From: Octopus bimaculoides
Taxonomy: Eukaryota
NCBI RefSeq assembly: GCF_001194135.2
Contig: NC_068998.1
Coordinates: 12,106,510 to 12,144,028, forward strand
Direction of reading: 5' to 3'
DNA: 37,519 bases
Shown: piece after piece, positions 13,085-22,000 of the stretch
How the letters are laid out: each line of letters opens with the position of its first letter
Numbering within the stretch: position 1 is the first letter of the stretch
Program-made: the position numbers and the translations under genes
The notes under the pieces: generated by a model
What the model saw: only the letters and a program-made list of their open reading frames with translations
Database searches by the model: none
What the model was told of the DNA's origin: nothing

Positions 13085-13135
13085 ATCACCATGGTAACGT
13101 CATAAATAGAGATATTCATCTCACTTCTCGCGAGA
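13085..13135. promoter_or_regulatory. RFX X-box, CRE half-site and TCTCGCGAGA palindrome cluster
   Basis: ATCACCATGGTAAC 13085-13098 (12/14 match to GTTACCATGGTAAC); ACGTCA about 13097-13102; TCTCGCGAGA 13126-13135. Confidence 0.5.
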
Positions 13136-13307
13136 TTACGATATATATATACATATATTTTACTTATTGTTTATTTATTATTTATTTTATTCTACGCGGA
13201 AGAGGTTTTCTCGTAAATTCCTTCTGCGGCGGCGGTAGCAGCGGAGATAATGGTGATGATAGTGGAGGAAGCTTCTCCCCTCAACCCCATCGTTTTAATT
13301 TTACACG

Positions 13308-13620
13308 GCTGGTGTGGTAAGAAGTTCGCTTCCCAGTTCAGTCCCATCGCGTGGCATATTAGGCAAGTGTCTTTTGCTACAGCCCCGGGTCGACAAAAGT
13401 TTTACAAATGAATTTGGTAGTTGAAAACTAAAAGAAACGGGTCGTATACGTGTGTGTGTGTGTATATATATGTATGTATGTGTGCAGGTCTGCATGTATA
13501 AGTGTATCTTCCACCCGCAACTCCCGCTTGACACCGGTGCTGGTTTGTTTACGTCCTGTAACAGTTCGGCAAAAAGAAACTGATAGAATAAGCTGAGAAA
13601 AAAATTGTTTTTCGCTGCTG
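13308..13620 (+). mobile_element. SINE family A copy truncating Tx1 ORF1
   Basis: ggctggtgtggtaagaagttcgcttccc...cggcaaaaagaaactgatagaataag. Confidence 0.75.
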
Positions 13621-16200
13621 CAGAGGTACCACTTTGGTCATCGCCCGTCCACAGCAACGTGCAACCTTGTGCCGTCTGGCAAATTTATGGAGTCGGGTAT
13701 GGCATTTATGCTTTCTTGTTCAATTTGAACGAGAAGCTGCTTACCCATACCCGACCAGTTTTGACCGTGCAATTTATGCACTTCTAGAATTGGGGCATTG
13801 TCCTTTATGTCTAAGAGGACAGCTGCCACTTGCCAGCATATATTGAGTTCGAGTGGCACTTGCTCTATTTTAAATTTTGTAACGCGCCGACCAAGGTATG
13901 TCGGCACGAGCAGCAAATCCTCAGTTTTTAGGGGGTACTGTGGAATGTTGCTTTGCGTCCTTTTCTGTTGGGAAGCGAACTTCTAGTGCCGAATCGCTTC
14001 CTCTTTAGAGCTATCTCCAACTGCTGTGGAGATGCCCCTTCTACATTTTTGTGTTTCACGTTGAAAATTTTATATATGATGGTCTTTTTATTTGTCTCAT
14101 TTATTAGTTGTTGTAGAGTGTTAAGGAAGACATAGTTTCCATTCTTCCTTAACAACTCCTTAGCATTCTTTATATCGTCCATTTGTGACATCGATTTCCT
14201 CCGAGCTTTGCGTTGCTGCGGATGCGAAACCGTTACAATTGATCTTGTTGTTGTTGCTTGTGTTGGTCTTTGTGGTGTTGCTGGTGTTCGATCTCACTGA
14301 TAGACATCTTGTTCCTTCTCTCTTCCCCCCTCTCCGGTGTAGGAGCAATAGTGGTGGTGAGAGCAGGGAAATGCACATTTGAAAGGCGGTCCAAAGAACA
14401 GCCTTCATTTTCTTCTGTTGCGCTGCACGAGGTAGAACGCTGTTTCATTTTTTCTTCGTTGCCTTTTAAGGCGCGAATTGGGCATAGTGTGTTTACATTT
14501 CACGTTTGACTTCTGTTGTCATCCGTCTGCAGAGGGTGTGGTGTACAAAGAAGGGAACAGCCTACGGTTCTCTTCAGACATTTTTCTCAAAATCTACGAG
14601 TTTCAAAAACAAAATTCAAATTTTAAGATGAGATATTCGCCGTTAAAAGGGGAAAATTCCGCCTAAACGATTAGCCCAGTCGGCTTGGCTACACAGAAAT
14701 TCAAAAATATCAAAGAGTTTAACAAAATTTACAATGAAAATTGGGTAAAAACTTACAGCTTTCGAAAACACGTCCACCCGTTTTGAAACCAATCGCAGCA
14801 CTCCGCCTCGTTCACCGAGAGTTGCAGCAAGACGTCCAGGTACACACTGAAGTCTGTGTCGTTGTCCGTCCCACCACACGTCCCGAACAGCCGAGCAAAG
14901 TGCTGCTGAAAGGCCGCACACATCTGCTTCGGATCGAACACCTCACGCCCATTCTGGTTCACCAAAGACCGAATGGTCGCCCTGTTGCCACGCGGACCCA
15001 TCTAGCGGCCTTAGTCCACTCCCCGCTTATCGAACGTGCCTTAGCTCTGACAAAGCAGCCTTCGTGTCTGGCGTCGAAGTGTTGGTCGAAAGCCAACCTG
15101 GCCGCCAACGCGTCGGTTGCGATGCCTGTCCTAAGAGCCTCGTCTAGCTTTCTAACTAAATCCCGTTGTTTTCTTTCGTTCTACAGCTAGAACCTTACTA
15201 AACCTAATTGATTCTGCTCTAGTTGCCCTCTTGAGAGCAAACCACCAATTATTGTTGATGATTGACCCCCGTCAAAGCCCGCTTAACTAATAAACTAGTC
15301 CGGTCTCTCTAAGCTTTGCACGCCGTTAACGACGCGTTTAGTTTCCAGTAACCGGGACCCTGTCTATGGAGCCAATCCAAGTCGACCATACAAATCACGA
15401 ATTTGTGGATCTTTGTAGCTGACTATGTGGAATTGTGGACACTATGCTCTCCGCATACGCTGGCCTTCAGAAAACTCTAAGTACGAACTAGACGACCCGA
15501 TGCGATTAGACCAAGTCGGCACATTCGGGTTGTCTAGTTGATATCCGTCAGACAGTTGCAAGCGTCAGACCAGGTTGATGAGGCTTTTGCACACCCTCTC
15601 CTATCAGATGCTCCCACGCCCTCCCAGTTAAAGGCGGTCGGCGGGGCAATCTTCACTATGGATTCAGCTGATAGTAGGATCAGTCCTACACACGACAGTA
15701 GCTGTTCGACATAAACCCACAGGTTAGCAATACTCAGACAGTGGAGGAGTGCGTACAGAACAGTTTCGTTGCCCTGAGCGCACCTCAGGCAGGCCCGGCT
15801 CACAGCACTTCCGTGCGTTAGAGTTTATCCCGCACAAGCAGCACCCCTCGGTAGCACTGCCAGGCGAGGGACTTTTGGAAGTTATCCATGGGCCCTGGTC
15901 CAAAAGTCCTGCCAAATAGACTGCTCAGTTGGTCATCGTTGACACCCAGATTTTCTCCAAGAACATCGTTGCACTTTTCCTGCAATAACCCTCTATAGAA
16001 CCCAAGAGTGATACTACTTCTGCTACCAATCGCATTGCCTGCCTGGAAGCACATTATCTGTTTAAGACTGGGGAGTGTGATCTGAGACAGATTTGGCCTA
16101 TATTTCCAGCAGGACGAGCGACTGTGCTGAAGTTTCCTTGTTGAACTGCCTATACGTTGACGCCCTTTTACTTGTCAGGCGGACACTGCAGAAGACATTT
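13620..16200 (-). mobile_element. Tx1/L1-clade LINE composite: ORF2 C-terminus (16200-15620), endonuclease C-half plus linker (15620-14805), 5'UTR plus ORF1 (14805-13620)
   Basis: LAWQCYRGVLLVRDKL and CLRC..GNETVLYALLHC (C-terminal zinc-finger region); PTWSNRIGSSSSYL, HKFVICMVDL and GPGYWKLNASL (endonuclease); ATIRSLV..NGREV.DPKQMCAAFQQHFARLF (linker); IPDSINLPDGTRLHVAVDGR*PKWYLC (ORF1, broken zinc knuckle). Many stops and frameshifts; RT core absent. Confidence 0.85.
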
Positions 16201-16699
16201 TATTCCTTATAAGGTGCGGTCTGAGTTACTTACGGAGAATGTGCTAGATGGTGAAGGAACGATTTAGTAATAAAAAAGAAAAAAAAAATTCTTATAACGA
16301 TAGAGGAAGACTTACTTTGTAGGAAAATCCCAATCATTAATAGGTCTTTTCGCATTAAAAAAAAGGTATTCCATCTATATATTGTCCGGTGGCTTAAGAC
16401 GTGTTGAGGGAATTTGGTTGCTATCTTTAGCAATATGAATGATCACGTAGAGGCTTCTCTGCTGTACTATCCATTACTTAGTTTACTGTAAATATTTTTT
16501 TTTTATCGAAATGTGAAGACAATACGTCAACCGTTTCAATTCTACAAATAATCCAAAAGAAAAATGTTCGGTTCACAAATTGTTCATTTACGTCTAAGTC
16601 TCAAGCTAGATCTCTGTCGTCAAACAACCTTCAGTGACCACCAATATAGATCATAATTCCAGAACTACCCAGATAACTGGTATCGAAATATCAAGTCTA

Positions 16700-16930
16700 A
16701 TTCATTTCTTTATTGCCCACAGGCGGCTAAACAGAGAGGACAAACAAGGACAGACGAAAGGATTAAGTCAATTACAACGACCTCAGTGCGCAACTGGTAC
16801 TTAATTGACCCCGAAAGGATGAGAAGCAAGGTCCAACTCGACGAAATTTGAACTCAGAACGTAACGGCAGACGAAATACCGTTAAGCATTTCGCTCGGCG
16901 TGCTACCCATTCTGCCAGATCACCGCCCAC
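16700..16930 (-). mobile_element. SINE family B (tRNA-derived: GGCGAGCTGGCAGAA head, GTTCAAATT B-box, TTGCCTTTCATCCTTTCGGGGTCGATAA core)
   Basis: Nearly collinear with 26840-27077. Confidence 0.85.
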
Positions 16931-17229
16931 CTTCAAGTTTAATCGCTCCGGCCTTTCTACAGCGAAAGAAACCTCAAGTAAGTAGACCGCTTACATTCCA
17001 CCCTCCTCACACGATATGTTCAGATTAATCTAGAAGATGTGCTATCCAGCACTTGCCGTAATTGATTAATTAAATTAAAATGAAATCTTCCTTTAATATT
17101 TCAATTCTACCGTCAAGTACGATGCGAAATCAAAAGAGAAAGTGTTAAACTAAAAATACACGTCAAATTCAACCACTCCACGTTTCTGATTTTCTAGATA
17201 GAATGACCTACATTGCAGACTATTTTGCT

Positions 17230-17720
17230 TCGCTTCATGCACTTGCTTGATGAAACTGGGGTCATTCCCGGTTAGTGGTCCCAGAGACATCATGCGTAGA
17301 GCCAATCAGGTCGACCAGTGCTCTCCATCGTCGGCGGTGTCGTGGCAGCCCTTGTGCATCCTCCAAGGTGACGTTGAGACTCCGGAGATCTACCCCAATC
17401 CCGTCCAGCCATTTTGTGCGGGGCCTGCCACGAGGCTTCCTCCAGTCCGCAGTTGTTACATCGGATGAGAATAAAGGCCTGGTAGAATGATCTGGCGGGA
17501 GACAGGAAGCGTCCGTACCAGCGCATGCGACGTATCGCTATATGAACTGCAAGTTGATGTGTGCGCGTATGCAGTTCTTTGGAGACCAGATGGAACAATC
17601 AGATGTTCCCAGGGTTCTGCTATCAGAGCCGTCGATCGTCTTTGCCAAGGTCTTCGAGGAAGGTCACGTTTCTGCTCCATAGAGAAGAATGGAGAGGGCC
17701 GATGCGTAGCTTCGTCGTTC
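17230..17720 (-). mobile_element. Decayed RTE-clade LINE 3' end
   Basis: KELHTRTHQLAVHIAIRRMRWYG...QA followed by a G.R..GR-like region, typical of the RTE ORF2 tail. Confidence 0.7.
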
Positions 17721-17990
17721 GGGAGACAGAGCAGTTGGATTTCATTAGTTTAAAATCACAAAAGGAAGGGCAGTATCCATTATACTGAACACGTCTTGCC
17801 AAGTTAAAGCCCAAGTCGATGTTTTGGTGTAAATGGTACGTAATTTGTCAATTCCAAGGAGTAGAATACCAGTACTGATTTAAGTAAATCCTAAGCACAG
17901 TTTCAGTTATTTCAAAATTTAAAAGTTCAATGATTTGATATAATTGAAAGACTTGATGTCCTGAAAATTTGAACAGTCGACGTGTGTATA

Positions 17991-18023
17991 AAAAAAAAAA
18001 ATTTAAAAAAAAAAAAAAAAAAA
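17991..18023. repeat. Poly(A) run (poly(U) on the CPEB1 strand)
   Basis: aaaaaaaaaaatttaaaaaaaaaaaaaaaaaaa. Confidence 0.95.
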
Positions 18024-18158
18024 GTAGTTATACAGAGCAAGATTAAAATTTCCGAAGTAAAACTATTGGAGCATTTTAATGTCCGCAAACAGAACAGAAA
18101 ATGCAAATTTCACAAATGTCAGCTACAAAAAAGATAAACGCCAATTAAGTTTCATGAC

Positions 18159-18894
18159 TTTATTCAGAAAGTTTGTAATGAATACAATAGTGGAAATATT
18201 AGTAACAAAAAGATCCTTACAGCAAAGCGACATTTACCTGAACTAACAGCAAACCAAAATGAGTTAAAAATTACCAGCTTAAAATTTTCTTTCGTATCTA
18301 GTAAAAAATTTTTAGAAACTAGCGTTTGTACGACAGTCGACAAGCCTCGATTAATCGACCTGTGACCTGCCATAAAAATATCTGCAGCTATATTGGAATG
18401 AGACATGCTGGTAAAACTAACAAGTAAAATTTTTATTTCTTTTCTAAAATAAAGATAGTTAAAGAACGCTGGACGATATCGCCAGGGTGAGTTAGTAGAA
18501 ATTTTAAAACGATCGAACACAAAAATAAAACTAGTGAAAAATAAAACAGTGGAAATGACAAAGTTTTTCAGGTTTGTGATTAAGCATTTCTCCATATTCC
18601 AAACAAAACAATACCCTCACTGAGCGTAATCTCGAGAATCCATTGGGCTTTTAAATTAACCGAAGTTACTAACTGCTTCAAAATTCCTCAACAGAAAATT
18701 ATGAATCAACGACCAGTTAAAAAGCTGCATTTTAATGCAGTATATACTCGGAATTCCGAGAAGTCACTTTCCTTCAATGTGGTTCTTTGGAATTCCAGAA
18801 ATCACTGCAAAACAAAAAATACGTTTTATTACGTAATTCCAAAAATAAGAACATACACACACACATACACAAAGACAGTTGGGACTTACCAAGG
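18159..18894 (-). other. Probable CPEB1 3'UTR with candidate AATAAA signals at 18825-18830, 18432-18437 and 18159-18164
   Basis: U-rich sequence directly after the stop codon; hexamers read on the minus strand; the true 3' end is unknown. Confidence 0.5.
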
Positions 18895-19086
18895 TCAGAT
18901 ACCATTCCCTGGTTTACTGTTTCTTGTGAGTGGCTTATGGTGAAGTAAGTATTCTGAATTGTGCTGTATATACCAACATTTACGACAGAAGTAACGAAAG
19001 CACTGCAGATCACGACAAAAATACGGCCCCGTTTGATTCATACAGAGAGTACAAGGAGAGTCTTCTAGATATGGATCTATTTGAAC
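18895..19086 (-). CDS. CPEB1: CPEB1 coding exon 11, ZZ zinc finger and stop
   Basis: ttatag|GTT CAA ATA GAT CCA TAT...GGT ATC TGA; [63 protein letters not shown]. Confidence 0.97.
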   Translation of the reverse strand, partial: VQIDPYLEDSPCTLCMNQTGPYFCRDLQCFRYFCRKCWYIQHNSEYLLHHKPLTRNSKPGNGI

Positions 19087-22000
19087 CTATAATATATAAA
19101 CGATTTCTTCAATTATTTAGAGAAAATCATTTTTGATAATGAAGGATTTTTTAAAGTTAAAAAAAATGTACCTTTTTGACAAATTTAGGAGTTTTGATTT
19201 CCACAAATGCTGCTTGGACAGCTTTCATGAAACTTCTACGGGTACTAAATGTCACGCGTCCCGATCCTTGAGGAAAAAAATCAAATTGAGAATTACTTCA
19301 AAATCTATTGTATTCAAACGTATGTATTCGTATTGAATCAGAGGAAACAAACTCATATACAAGTTGATATATTTTAAATGATTGCTTATAGTCCTAGTAG
19401 ATTACGCTTGGTTCAAGCAAATCCAATTCACATATAAGGCTGTGTGGAAAGAAATTTGCTTCCCAACCACATGGTTCCGAGCTCAATGCCACTGCATGGC
19501 ACCTTTGGCAAGTGTCTATAGCCTCTGGCTGACCAAACCCTTATGAGGGGATTTGGTAAACGGAAACTGAAAGAAGCCCGTATTACGTAAGTGAGTGCGA
19601 CCACTGCTCGACAATTAGTGTGTTTACGCCTTAACTTAACGGTACGGCAGAAAAACTGAATAAGTACTGGGGTATATTCGTTCGACTAAACTTCTTCGAG
19701 GCGGTGCCCCAGCCTGATCGCCATCTGAGTGAAACGAGAGACATTAACTTGGTCGATGCAGACTATCACTATTCCTCACACACGAGCAATAGATGCCTAA
19801 TGTAGCCGTTAAGTTTAGCTCTGGTCAAGCAGGACTGATCAAAACGTTCCAGACGAGAGTGACGTGTCTGTGGCTTCAAGACATAAGTCCTGGAGCAGCA
19901 GATGTTTTAAGAGAAATATGGAGATTTGGCTACTATTTCCAGCAGATCAAGTTAATATAGTGCTGAGGAGCCCTTACCACGCGAGTACACTTCCACCTGC
20001 ATTAGAATTTGAAGCCACGTTCTGATGAAGTCTTACGACTGAGGAAATGTTTAAGGTTTCATACGTTAATCATTAAAGTTTCATTTTTCTCAGCGTACAT
20101 TCTACCTACGGCATTTTCTTACGCACTCGCAATCTCAACCTAGATAAGAACGAAAAAAAATGGTTTTCTATCCTTGGCATAGGTTTCTCGTTACCTCTGA
20201 TTATGTTGAGCAAATAACAGCATAAAAACGTCCGAAAACCGCTAATATTAAAGCAATAACGTATATTCTTGAAATTAAAAAGGTGTTGCAAACTTCTGCA
20301 TCAATAATCAAAGGAATAACAACCAATCTGCCACTAATTCAATCACGTTTTAAAATTGGGGAATCCCAAGTCACTACAGATAATTAACATTTTGATTTTA
20401 AAAATTTGTGAGGACAAATTGGTATTTGTCGCAGATACCTTTCGTTACACAATATATACCTCGATGGTTTCTATGAAAATATTTGAGCATAAGCTTACCT
20501 ATAGGGTATTTGTGTTTATCAGTGTCAATACCAGCGTATACCACATTTTCAAACAAATCGCTCATGACATTCGAAAGAGCTTCGGCTGTCAACATCCCAT
20601 GCAGCGCCCCAACGAACACCGTCTTGGTAGAGTCCAGTCTTTGTGATGGTTGCTTTACAAAATTACTATCGCTCAACACCCACGGTATCACTTGAACCTA
20701 TAATAAAAATAATTTTTTTGGACAGTGGATCTAAGCACACAAAGCTATAAATAGCATGTAAATATCTAGTTGAAAATCCCTTTCGGATAGAAAAAGGAGT
20801 GGAAGACTTCCCGTGACGCAGGAAGCTACATCTATCCCAAGGTAAAATGACGACACGAGATGTGGGTTCGAGTTCCATGGTAAGCCTACTTTTCAAAAAA
20901 GGTTTCTCAACCCAGTATTTACATACTTAAAGCAGCGAGCTGACAAAATTGTGAGCGGTATTTCGTCAGTTCAAATGCAGTCGGGGGTTGACATTGCCTT
21001 TCATCCTTTCGGGTTGATAAAATAATTATCAATTGAGCTTTGAAGTCGATGTAATCTACTTCCAATCCTGGTGCCAAAATTTGAAACCAATATTTATATG
21101 CTCTTTATATTATGCGCGCTGCGGGATCCGCCGTTCCAAAAATAATTTGCTCTCGAAAGTCTAAATTGTTATAACGTGAAGGGAAAAAGTGTATGCACAC
21201 AAACAAAAATGGTTAAAAATAGGTGTACAGCTGGCAGAATTAATGAGGATTTCGAACAGGCCAAAGGGTACTACTTAAATACAGAGGTCCCGACATATCT
21301 ACGTAACCCTAAAACTAAGGAGTGTGCATTGTAACAACATCGTTACGTCGATGCACCGGGACCTCTAAGCAGTGCCGACTAAAGTATAATACCGACCAAT
21401 TGGAAAAAAAAAATAGAATACTTAAGTAGGCTCATAACTACTGTCTCTACCCTGTATTTTGGATTAAAGATCGTTTAGTTTCTAAACATTTAATATTTTT
21501 CATGTAAAAAAAATCCTTTGACACAAGTGATGGTCTGCTTAGGCAAACAGAAAGACCAAAAAGCTTGTTAAGAGTATAAGTTATTTTGCTATTAAACGAA
21601 AGTTTCGTCGAAAGACCTTCAGAAAAGTTACTTACAGAAAGTTAAAATGATGTCACTTATCAAATTTTGAAAAGTTCGTAAATAAATTACCTCTTTTGAT
21701 CGAATTCTTCTACTGGAAATCTTGTAATAATACTCGTTGCCGTTGGTGTAATCTTGGGTGCATGCTTGCAGTAAACCGCGAATCGATTTCTCCGTTTCGT
21801 ACAACAAGTAAACGTAGCCTAAAATACAAATGGCGTCATCATACAGGTAATCTGAAGGAAAACAATACATTCGCAGAAACCAGTTTTCGCTAATTGCAAA
21901 ACAATGGAGCTAAAGTTTAACTCACCGTCTTTGCCGGGCCATTCAATTTTCATTCCACCAAACTTGTTAAATGTAGCTTGGAGGCCGGCTAGAATGAGAA

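Noticed and set aside
14741-15190. 149-aa plus-strand ORF
   Set aside because: Antisense to the Tx1 ORF2 linker fragment.
18164-18595. 143-aa minus-strand ORF, including an exon-like segment 18407-18275 (SMSHSNIAADIFMAGH...ENFKL)
   Set aside because: Lies in the probable CPEB1 3'UTR, has low-complexity Phe/Ile-rich flanks and no recognisable family. A downstream coding exon cannot be excluded without RNA data.
18930-19136. Plus-strand 68-aa ORF ([11 protein letters not shown]...)
   Set aside because: Antisense shadow of the CPEB1 ZZ-finger exon.
20666-20896. Minus-strand [20 protein letters not shown]... as an extension of CPEB1 exon 9
   Set aside because: Not in frame with exon 9 and would interrupt the conserved KE|VQVIPW junction.
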